NCBI GenBank assembly: GCA_051294375.1 | Contig: JBJCIZ010001327.1 | Coordinates: 1 to 11,363 of the forward strand | Direction: 5' to 3' | DNA length: 11,363 nt | Source: Paraspadella gotoi | Lineage: Eukaryota > Animalia > Chaetognatha | Shown: piece after piece, positions 1 through 7,728 of the stretch | How positions within the stretch are numbered: the first letter of the stretch is position 1 | Layout of the letters: each line of letters opens with the position of its first letter | Translations under genes and position numbers: made by a program | The notes under the pieces: model-generated | What the model saw: the letters and a program-made list of their open reading frames with translations, nothing else | Told to the model about the DNA's origin: nothing | Databases searched by the model: none

Positions 1-2
1 CC

Positions 3-3000
3 ATCAGGCGGGTGGAATTAGAATGCCATCAACCCGAAATCTTCCTCCAGCCATCAGCTGAACCAGAAACTACAAAAGACGAAAAGATAATGCCACCCCT
101 CCCCGAGCGGATGGCAAATACTATCAATGACAGCCAAGGCCCGGACCCCAGAGATGATACCGGAAAACCATGTCACTCCGGTAAAAACAGCTATATCCCG
201 GCAGTCATTGCAGGAGTACCAGCAAGCTGCTTGTACGACACCGGCGCGTCTGTCAATACCATTCCAAGGAAGTTCATCGACAAGTGGTCCCTGAGCAACA
301 AGGTCTACCACGGCTCACCCCTTCGCTTGTCAACAGCGACGGGAACAATCACCTTAACAGAAAGAATTGACCTCAGGGTCATGTTCCAGAAATGGGTACT
401 AAAAACAGTGTTCTATATATCCGCTGATGAAAACGACCAGGACATCATCATAGGAACTGCCGTAACCAACCCAGGCCCCGCTGAACAACTTTGGGTCGTG
501 CAACCCTCCGCTCAGAGAGAGGATCTGCAAATAGCCTCAATGGCTGGCAAGCCAATCACCCACCTCTTCAGGAACAAGTATGATGCCTTAAAAGCTGCCA
601 GATGGTTAGCACGAGGTAACCTTGACGAGGAGACGACGTTGCCAGTTCACGTTGAACGAGATAATGAGGGAACGACCAAGCTCACATCAAGCAAGCCTTA
701 CTGGAAAACACTGGCTGGATCAAGATGGATCATCGAATCTTTAAACAATGATAAAGTTTACATCGCCGATGGAGATCAGTTACGGGAGGGCGTGGAGATT
801 AATGCCGAACCTGGAACCTGGGGTCATGCTCGACCGCTTATAACAAATGAAGCAAAAAAAGACCTAGGTTTAGAAACAGAGACTACAGCTGAACCCGTCC
901 AAGCCGACCTCACAGGTGATAAACCTTTACTCAGAAAAATAAGGAAGGAACACATCCCAGCTACGACGATCATCCACCATAAACCAACAAAGGAGGAAGT
1001 ACAAGCGGTTGAAGAAGCACGCCAAAGAAGGCGTGAAAAACACGATGCGAGAGGTAAAGAAGCCTTCCTCAAACCTTTTAAAGACGTCGACCCCAGCCTG
1101 CGCGATAAAGCCCATCTGGTCTGGGAGGTCGTCTGGGAATACAGAGACGTTTTTGGCGAAACAATCAATGACTGTAAGGAAGGTTTTCTGAATTACAGAG
1201 TGGACCTTGGATTCACCGAAGAGGACCTACCAAAACCAAAATTCGCGAATCAAGGACCGGTGAAGAAGGCAGCATTAAAGAGATACCTGGAAGTCTACGA
1301 GAAGGCAGGCATAGTCTCTAGAACAAAAAACGAGGCCTACTCGAATGCCTTCCTCATAAAAAAACCAGGACACATAGCTGAAGGCCAAGACAAGATGAGT
1401 GACGAAACTTTTGCCAAACAATGGAGACTCATCTGCGACTTGTCGGCAGTGAACAACAACATCTCTACTTATGCCACAGAACCCCAAACCATCGCATCCA
1501 TTCTCGAGCAGTACAAACCTCACGAGCTCCAATGCTCCGTCGACATCCTCGCCTGCTTCCACCAAGTTAACCTATCAGACAGGTGCAAGCCGGTCACAAC
1601 CTTTGCTGGGGCCGGTCACAACTGGTGGATGAACAAGCTACCGATGGGAGGAGTAAACAGTGTCAACGTGCTACAGGCGATACTGGACGAGATTTTTCAA
1701 GACCTAGGAACCGACATCAAGAGCTTCCTAGTTTATGTCGACGACCTCATCCTAACCGCAAAATCGCCAGAGGACATGGCACAAAGACTTCGAGACTTAC
1801 TCCAGAGATGCAGAGACGAGAATGTCATCCTCAAATGGACCAAAAGTGTGCTCCTCCGCAAGGAAGACATAAAAATCCTTGGCTTCAGCATCTCAAAGAG
1901 TAAGCTCATGCCGCAAAAGGAGAAGCTCGAAGCGGTCGAAGTCAAGCTGAAGTCACTCAAAACTCAAAAAGAGCTAAGAGCCATGCTTGCCTCCCTCAAC
2001 TATTATAGATGTTTCACGCACAGATTCTCTTACATTGCCCAGCCCCTCCACGCACTCACGCTACTCGACAAAAAGGAGTTTAAACTCAACGAAAAACATA
2101 TTGCCATGTTACAAACTCTGATAAACGAAATCAAAAACTCTCCTGGATTAAACTTTCTTAATGATGCCAGAATAAGAAACGGAACTTATAGGATTTACGC
2201 CGACGCTAGCACCAGCGCAATGGGTGGACTTATCACTGCAACGGCTGACGGCGTGGAATATCCTTTGCAATTCCATTCCAAATCGTTCCCAGATGAATAT
2301 AGAATTAAGCACATAAATGTCCTAGAGACCCTGGCCTTCAACATGATGATCAGAAAATTCAAAGGTTACACATGCGGCAGAAGGGTAACACTCGTCACGG
2401 ACTCTCAGTATTTTAAAAGAATCATGGACATGCAGCATGACAAACAGCAGATGCTCCCCACGAACGTACTCAGGTGGATCACTGAAATCCGCCAGGAATG
2501 CCAGCCAAAGGAAGTAATACTCGTAAAAAGCGAGGATAATCCAGCAGACTTCCTCACGCGATTCACAGAACAGGGACAGGTAACTCCTCTCGACACTCCC
2601 TTCTTTCCCGCGGGCTTTGACGTGGAAGGCAAATATGAAGAAGGCTTTGCTGAAAATCCAATCGAAGAACAACGAACACCAGAACATCTCGACCTAATCA
2701 CTGGACATGCGCCGATACTTACCCTCATGGCACAAATTCTCCAAGAGGAAGTCAAATCATTCAGGTCAAAGTTCTTCGAGTTCGTTCGCCAAAAGTTCAC
2801 AGAGAGAAAGTCAAACATCGAAAGGCTGTATGGCAAACCAAAAACTAAGGACGCCGACACCTTCATCAGGACTATCTCTGCAAAAGATTGGAGCCTAGGC
2901 CACCCGGAGCTTGAACTCTTAAGCGAAATGATTGGAGTCACTGTCATACTAATGGAGGAGGAAGCTACACAGCAAGCTGGCTGCAAGTACGAAAAAGTCT

Positions 3001-4721
3001 ATGGAAATGTAAATGGAGACAAAAAAATAAAAATCTTCAGAACAATAACAGGCCAAGTCAGCCTAATCAGCAAGGCAGTCCCGCAACGCCCACTGCACCC
3101 TACCGCCGATGACCCAATCCAAATAATCAAGGTATCAGATCTCAAACAGCCAGACAGACGAGGACGACCAAGACGCCAAATAGTTGGCGCACTTCAAACT
3201 GATCATCTTCCTCAAGATTTCATAAATATTGTGACCAAAAATGAAGAAAAAGAATCACAAAACGAAGAAAAACCCTGCGAAACGGCCGCAATGGAAACAA
3301 TAAAAACGACATGGCCGGGAGCCAAAATGGNNNNNNNNNNTGACAGTACCTTGGAGGCTGACGTTGACGCCACCGAAGCCGAAGTAGCAGAAGAATCAAC
3401 ACGGCCGCACATCAAGAACGAGAAACTTCTCCCCATGGCTTCTACAGTAAGAACATGGCAAAGAGATAACGAACTCTTCAAGCTTGTAATAGAGGCACTG
3501 CAGAAGCACGACCGACAAACCGCGGAAGAATTTCTAAACAAAAAAATGGAAAAACGGAAAACCCTCACCGAAAGGTATCTGGCAAACTGTCTCATGGACC
3601 TTGACGTAACGGACGATGGCATCCTTGTGATTAGAGGCTACAAAAACAAAACCCAAACAACAAAGTTTGTTGTCCCTCCAAACAAGGCTGAAGAAATGGC
3701 AAAAACATTCCACAAGCATTTCGGTCACCCGGGGCGCGATCGCACAGCCTTCATAACAGCACAGTATGTCTCCTCACCAGGCCTGACAAGTGCAGCAGCT
3801 AAGTGCGTCAGAGAATGCGACAATTGCGCGAAGGCAACTGACTCACAAAAATTTAATGAAACTCCCTCATCGCCAAATCTAGCTATCGCACCTTGGGAGT
3901 CGCTCAGCATAGATGTGATGCACATGCCACCAGCAGCTGGGTATAATTATGTCCTCGTGGCTTCGGACAATGCGTCAGCATACACGTGGGCTATTCCCAT
4001 TCGGCGGGCTGACGCTGAAACCGTCGTGAAAGCCCTAGACGACAACATTTTTTTACATCACGGTTCTTACATGGAAATCAATTTTGATGGAGCGACGCAG
4101 TTAAATGGAAAAGCCATGAAATCCATCCTCGACCTACTCGATACGGTAGGGAGGCGAGTCATGGTAGGAAGAAAAGACAGCAATAGGGCCGAAAGGGATA
4201 TCGGCAGAATACGGCAGGCGCTAAGAAAAGCAGTGGAGGATCAACCAAGAAGGTGGCTTGAACAGCTTCCTCATCTCATGTTACTCCTCAACGCCACGCC
4301 GATAATCGGATGGAAGACGGAAATGTCTCCTCACGAGGTTCAATTTGGCCACAGACCAAGAATCGTTGAGGCANNNNNNNNNNACACCAAAAGGAACCTC
4401 ATCGATTTCATCAAAAAAAGGGCCGAAAGGCAAGAAAAGGCCAGATCCGATCTTGCGAATCAAAGGACAAAGCTGTATAATCAGTCCGCTCGAAACAACC
4501 CGTACAGGAAGCCAGAAANNNNNNNNNNTGGAGACCTAGTCCTGGCGAGACGAGATCTAATCATCACGGGAACGGCAACTGCTGCCAACAAGGTCAAGAG
4601 AATCTACTCCGGGCCGCACAGGGTCATTGAAAGAGACGGAAATCACTTTGTTGTCTCAATTGGNNNNNNNNNNCTGAAGTACCACAGAAGGCGACTCAAA
4701 CTCCACAAGACGGAAAGCTGA
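3..4721 (+). CDS. pol: Ty3/Gypsy LTR-retrotransposon (gag-)pol polyprotein, 5'-truncated by the window edge
   Basis: Frame is open from nt 3 (ATC AGG CGG GTG) to TGA at 4719-4721. Motifs in Gypsy order: protease LYDTGAS, RT VDILACFHQ / LPMG / YVDD, RNase H YADAS...LE...VTDS...ADFLTR, integrase HHCC, DDE core and GPY/F-like YSGPHRV. The GTG at 12 is unlikely to be the real start. Four 10-N blocks fall inside the frame. Confidence 0.96.
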   Translation: MRRVELECHQPEIFLQPSAEPETTKDEKIMPPLPERMANTINDSQGPDPRDDTGKPCHSGKNSYIPAVIAGVPASCLYDTGASVNTIPRKFIDKWSLSNKVYHGSPLRLSTATGTITLTERIDLRVMFQKWVLKTVFYISADENDQDIIIGTAVTNPGPAEQLWVVQPSAQREDLQIASMAGKPITHLFRNKYDALKAARWLARGNLDEETTLPVHVERDNEGTTKLTSSKPYWKTLAGSRWIIESLNNDKVYIADGDQLREGVEINAEPGTWGHARPLITNEAKKDLGLETETTAEPVQADLTGDKPLLRKIRKEHIPATTIIHHKPTKEEVQAVEEARQRRREKHDARGKEAFLKPFKDVDPSLRDKAHLVWEVVWEYRDVFGETINDCKEGFLNYRVDLGFTEEDLPKPKFANQGPVKKAALKRYLEVYEKAGIVSRTKNEAYSNAFLIKKPGHIAEGQDKMSDETFAKQWRLICDLSAVNNNISTYATEPQTIASILEQYKPHELQCSVDILACFHQVNLSDRCKPVTTFAGAGHNWWMNKLPMGGVNSVNVLQAILDEIFQDLGTDIKSFLVYVDDLILTAKSPEDMAQRLRDLLQRCRDENVILKWTKSVLLRKEDIKILGFSISKSKLMPQKEKLEAVEVKLKSLKTQKELRAMLASLNYYRCFTHRFSYIAQPLHALTLLDKKEFKLNEKHIAMLQTLINEIKNSPGLNFLNDARIRNGTYRIYADASTSAMGGLITATADGVEYPLQFHSKSFPDEYRIKHINVLETLAFNMMIRKFKGYTCGRRVTLVTDSQYFKRIMDMQHDKQQMLPTNVLRWITEIRQECQPKEVILVKSEDNPADFLTRFTEQGQVTPLDTPFFPAGFDVEGKYEEGFAENPIEEQRTPEHLDLITGHAPILTLMAQILQEEVKSFRSKFFEFVRQKFTERKSNIERLYGKPKTKDADTFIRTISAKDWSLGHPELELLSEMIGVTVILMEEEATQQAGCKYEKVYGNVNGDKKIKIFRTITGQVSLISKAVPQRPLHPTADDPIQIIKVSDLKQPDRRGRPRRQIVGALQTDHLPQDFINIVTKNEEKESQNEEKPCETAAMETIKTTWPGAKMXXXXDSTLEADVDATEAEVAEESTRPHIKNEKLLPMASTVRTWQRDNELFKLVIEALQKHDRQTAEEFLNKKMEKRKTLTERYLANCLMDLDVTDDGILVIRGYKNKTQTTKFVVPPNKAEEMAKTFHKHFGHPGRDRTAFITAQYVSSPGLTSAAAKCVRECDNCAKATDSQKFNETPSSPNLAIAPWESLSIDVMHMPPAAGYNYVLVASDNASAYTWAIPIRRADAETVVKALDDNIFLHHGSYMEINFDGATQLNGKAMKSILDLLDTVGRRVMVGRKDSNRAERDIGRIRQALRKAVEDQPRRWLEQLPHLMLLLNATPIIGWKTEMSPHEVQFGHRPRIVEAXXXXTKRNLIDFIKKRAERQEKARSDLANQRTKLYNQSARNNPYRKPEXXXXGDLVLARRDLIITGTATAANKVKRIYSGPHRVIERDGNHFVVSIXXXXLKYHRRRLKLHKTES
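186..461 (+). other. Retropepsin-type aspartic protease domain
   Basis: CLYDTGASVNTI with catalytic DTG at 237-245, flap-like LSTATG, and C-terminal DIIIGT at 441-458. Confidence 0.92.
1290..1900 (+). other. Reverse transcriptase domain
   Basis: WRLICDLSAVN, VDILACFHQV (Asp at 1542-1544), LPMGGVNS, YVDD at 1734-1745, and KILGFSIS. Boundaries are approximate. Confidence 0.95.
2184..2561 (+). other. Ty3/Gypsy RNase H domain
   Basis: IYADASTSAMG (Asp at 2202-2204), INVLETLA, LVTDS and NPADFLTR supply the four acidic catalytic positions. Confidence 0.92.
2685..3074 (+). other. Putative catalytically inactive OTU-like domain inserted in pol
   Basis: By-eye match to the OTU pattern. TGHAPILTLMAQIL resembles GDGNCLFRALAxxL. 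FRSKFFEFVRQ resembles LRxxxxxYI. DTFIRTISAKDWSLGHPELELLSEMIGVTVILME resembles YxxxMxxxxxWGGxxELxALSxxxxVxIxI. IKIFRTITGQVSLI resembles IxLxYxxxxHYxxL. Confidence 0.5.
3156..3176 (+). other. AT-hook-like motif (RRGRPRR) or basic NLS
   Basis: Translation QPDRRGRPRRQ has the RGRP core flanked by basic residues. Confidence 0.6.
3456..4718 (+). other. Integrase: zinc-binding HHCC, DDE core, GPY/F-like C-terminal module
   Basis: FHKHFGHPG (3708-3734) and CDNC (3816-3827). Catalytic D at 3912, D at 4086, E at 4191 (D-34-E spacing). LNATP, SPHEVQFG, GDLVL, YSGPHRV and YHRRRLK follow. Confidence 0.94.
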
Positions 4722-4856
4722 GACACCGCAGCTGTGAACTACAATTGTAAATAAAGACGTAGAGAAACGACATAGAAACAAACGTAGATAGCAAACAAAA
4801 GAAAACCCAGACATCAGCGCTAAGACCGATACTGACCATAACCTGGGAACAAGCAC

Positions 4857-4871
4857 GAGGAGAGGTAGAGA
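4857..4871 (+). promoter_or_regulatory. Candidate polypurine tract (plus-strand primer) of the Gypsy element
   Basis: GAGGAGAGGTAGAGA, ~135 nt after the pol stop, where a PPT is expected. Confidence 0.55.
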
Positions 4872-4878
4872 CCGTATT

Positions 4879-5227
4879 TGACGTCCGTCAAGGCTATCTC
4901 CGAGAGCCTATGACGTCATGCAGAGAGAGTACTGAGAGAGTCTTTCAGACATAGCAAGGCGATCTCTTCGAATAGATATTCTCGTCTTCGTCTTTAATGT
5001 TCATAGTCGAACGATTGGATACGTATGTTAATCAGTTTATGTAAAAGATAAAGAAGCCATAAGATGGTAAAAAGAATGTAAAGAATTGATGAGTAGAATG
5101 ATGATCTTTGACTGACGTACGAAGATGAATTTTCCCGAATATTTTTTTATTTTTTTATGATTAGAATTTACATAATTAGGTCTCCCTTTTCTCTTTCCCC
5201 CCTTCTCCCCTCCTCCTCTCGACGTCA
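4879..5227 (+). repeat. Tentative 3' LTR of the Gypsy element
   Basis: Starts TGACGTC 7 nt after the purine tract and ends GACGTCA (7-bp TG...CA inverted repeat, 349 bp). Weak call: the motif is nearly self-palindromic and recurs at 4911, there is no AATAAA inside, and no 5' LTR is available for comparison. Confidence 0.25.
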
Positions 5228-5229
5228 TC

Positions 5230-5330
5230 GAGACCGAGACGAGAAAGAGACGAGCAGAGAGACGAGAGAAAGAGAGAGAGAGAAAGCCCTTTGTTAGAGA
5301 GAAGAGAGAGAGAGGAAGAGAGAAGAGAGA
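5230..5330 (+). repeat. GA-rich purine tract / degenerate (GA)n microsatellite
   Basis: GAGACGAGAAAGAGACGAGCAGAGAGACGAGAG...GAGAGAGAGAGAG. Confidence 0.85.
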
Positions 5331-5349
5331 TTTATCGCTCGAGTTCGTC

Positions 5350-6058
5350 TTGACTCCCTGCTCTTATTCCATTCTTCCTTTCCCTACTTCCCCAAATATT
5401 ATTTTTTCCTCTTTTCCTCCTTCCTTTTTTTTCCACTTTTTCCCTCCTTCTTCCCTTTCCTCCTTTCTTCTTTCCCTCACCTTCTTACTACTTCTCTTTT
5501 CAGTTCGAATTCGTCTCTTCTTCGTCCGTTTCTTTTTTTTTCTTTCTCCTCCCTTCTTCCTTCTTTTCCCTCTTTTTTTCCTCTTTTCTTTTTTTTTTCC
5601 TTCGCACCACTTCCACTCCCAAATATTTTATCTTTCTTTCTCTCTTCCTCTCTTCCTTTTCTCTTCCTCTCCCCTCACTCTCTCCTCTCCCTTTTCCTTC
5701 CTCCTTCCCCCCATCTCTCTCCCCTCCCCCTCCCACCCTTCCTCCCCATAATATTTTCTCAATTTTCTCTTTCACTCCCTCTCCCCCCATCCTTTTCTCT
5801 TTCCTCCCTTCCTCCTTCTCTCCTTCTCTTCTCCCTTCTCCCCCACTTTCCCCTTTCTAAATTTTATTTTTCTTCCTTTCTTCCTCCTCTCCTCTCCTTC
5901 CTCTTCAACTTCCTTTCCTCCCCCTACCAACTTCTCCCTCTCTACCCTATCCCTCTCCTTCCCGCCCTTCCCTCCTTTCCTCCCCTTCTCCTCTCCCTTC
6001 CTCCCTCCTCCCCTCTTCCCCAATATCTTCCTCTTTCTGCTTCTCTCCTCCTTCCTCT
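5350..6058 (+). repeat. ~700-bp polypyrimidine/polypurine low-complexity block
   Basis: Plus strand is almost entirely C/T with very few G. ORFs over it are S/L/F/P or E/K/R/G artefacts. Confidence 0.92.
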
Positions 6059-6445
6059 AGAACAAACTCACTGCTCTTTCCATCTGCGCTTTTTATTTTT
6101 TCCTGCCTCTCCGTCCTTTTGTTATCGATTCTCTCTTTGTTCGACAGTCTGCGACTCTGGCGGAGAGAAGAGGAACCCTTCCAGACCTTTCCGCGATTGG
6201 ATTTCTTTTTCTTCTTATTTTTTTTCCTTAGCCAAATGACTTGAAAATACAGCTTGGGGAGGAAGACGAGGAAACGCGAGGAGGAGACAAAGAAAGGAGA
6301 ATACGAGGCAGGAGGAGAGTACTCGGAGGAAGAAAGAGGGAAGGCGAAGGAAAACGATAGAAGTAGATAAAAAATGTTTTTTTCATGCGGAGGAAGAAAA
6401 AATTGTTTTTGCGACGCCCGAGTTCGATTGCAGAGAACGCGATTA

Positions 6446-6494
6446 ACATTCCGGGTTAAAAGTGAGATTCGACAATCCGGGTTTAAATGAGATT
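6446..6494 (+). repeat. Two-copy imperfect tandem duplication
   Basis: ACATTCCGGGTTAAAAGTGAGATT followed by ACAATCCGGGTTTAAATGAGATT. Confidence 0.75.
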
Positions 6495-6498
6495 TATG

Positions 6499-6586
6499 CT
6501 CTCTCTCACTCTCTCTCTCTTTCTACTTTTTCTCTCTCGTTGCTATCTCTCTCTTTCTCTCTCTCCTCTCTCTTTTTTCTCATCTC
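6499..6586 (+). repeat. Degenerate (CT)n microsatellite
   Basis: Interrupted CTCTCT runs. Confidence 0.85.
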
Positions 6587-6820
6587 AACTAACTAATTTA
6601 ATTCATGCTCTTTAATGTAATATGTGTATATGATAAGAACCTTACAAAACCTTTGGTTATTGTTTGTTTGGTACAATAAATTATTTTAGAATGTACCCGA
6701 CTAACTAGCCGGGAGGCAGTCAATGACAACGGTTGTTGAGGTGGTTGTGACTTCGTAATAATGTGGATTTGTATGGAATTCATCAGATATCATTGGTGAA
6801 TATAGTTTGAGGCAGTTTAC

Positions 6821-6897
6821 AAATCAAATCAAAATCAAATCTCTATCTCATCTCCTCCTGTCTCTCTCTCTATCTATCTCCTCTTTCAAGTCTCTCG

Positions 6898-6931
<34 letters not shown>

Positions 6932-6940
6932 TCTCTCTCT
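6821..6940 (+). repeat. (AAATC)n followed by (CT)n microsatellite
   Basis: AAATCAAATCAAAATCAAATC, then long CT runs to 6940. Confidence 0.88.
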
Positions 6941-7029
6941 GGGCGTGACAGACGCGCCGACCGAACAGTGTAAGATCGGCAAAGGCGTCAACACGGAAAC
7001 GGGTCGCCAGAGCAAAAATCATCTTGTCA

Positions 7030-7625
7030 GCCATCTTCGTTGTCGTCATCATCGTCATCGTTTGGTCGTCCATCATCGTCGTCGTTCACTTCCCAGTTTT
7101 TTCGCCGTCCTTCGTCGTCTTTTTCGTCTCCCCGTGAAATTTTCGTTGTCGTCATCGCTGTGGTCGTCTTCCACTTTCTATATTAGTCTTGTCGCCATCG
7201 AACATTGTTGTCATCAATCATCTTTTCCATCACAGACTGTGCGTAACGGTCCTCGCCGTGGTGCGTCTTCCCCCGTCGCCATCTTGTTGTCAATCATCAT
7301 CGTCCTTTCCCAATGGAGTCTCTTCCTCTTCGTCCATATTGTATTCCCTCATCCCGTCTACCTTGTTGGCCACTCCGTCATCATTGCCATCATCATCTCT
7401 GGTTGTCCTTCGATCCCAATCTTCCCATTTTATTACTCGTCGTTAGTTTAGACATCGTTCCATCTTCGTCATCACCTATCGCGTCTTTGTCATTAGCGAT
7501 CGTCTTCATCATCGTCCGTCCTCCCCGTACGTCGTCAACGTCGTCGCCATCGCGTCATCGTCGTCACCATCGTCGTCACCATCGGTCCGTCGTCATCGTC
7601 GCCATCGTCGTCTTCCATCCGTCGC
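7030..7625 (+). repeat. Degenerate (TCG/TCA)n trinucleotide-rich region
   Basis: Dense TCGTCATCATCGTC runs. Reads GAC/GAT (Asp)-rich on the minus strand but no long minus-strand ORF spans it. Confidence 0.8.
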
Positions 7626-7728
7626 CCAGGGTGTCCCAGCATCGCATAGGAAGCGACGCTTTGTCATGTAAACGACTCGTCGATGTTCACGGGAGTCTCG
7701 ATGACAAGTATGTCATCCTCAAGATCGC

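Larger units (their letters stand above)
1..4871 (+). mobile_element. Internal region of a Ty3/Gypsy (Metaviridae-like) LTR retrotransposon
   Basis: Integrase lies downstream of RNase H (Gypsy order, not Copia). A short 3' UTR and a purine tract at 4857-4871 follow the stop. No env ORF or chromodomain is visible. Confidence 0.92.

Noticed and set aside
159-190. Gag-pol -1 frameshift site (GGAAAAC / TAAAAAC)
   Set aside because: The other two plus frames stop at nt 19 and 59, so no gag frame reaches these sites.
54-3925. Antisense and alternate-frame ORFs overlapping pol (e.g. 2405-2986 minus, 193 aa)
   Set aside because: No recognisable motifs. They are the expected shadows of a long coding frame.
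4620-4721. C-terminal chromodomain on integrase
   Set aside because: The ORF stops a few residues after YHRRRLK, leaving no room and showing no chromodomain motif.
5037-6449. ORFs of 63-133 aa in the CT/GA tracts as an env or ORF3
   Set aside because: They are translations of low-complexity DNA (S/L/F/P or E/K/R/G). The apparent hydrophobicity is compositional and there are no env-like Cys or furin patterns.
6821-6841. (GATTT)n 3' tail of a minus-strand LINE/SINE
   Set aside because: The adjoining sequence where the element body should lie is a CT microsatellite with no RT or pol III box remnants.
4866-6845. Long 3' LTR with TAGAG...CTCTA termini (ends at 6059 or 6845)
   Set aside because: A 5-6-bp match to CTCTA is expected by chance in CT-rich DNA.
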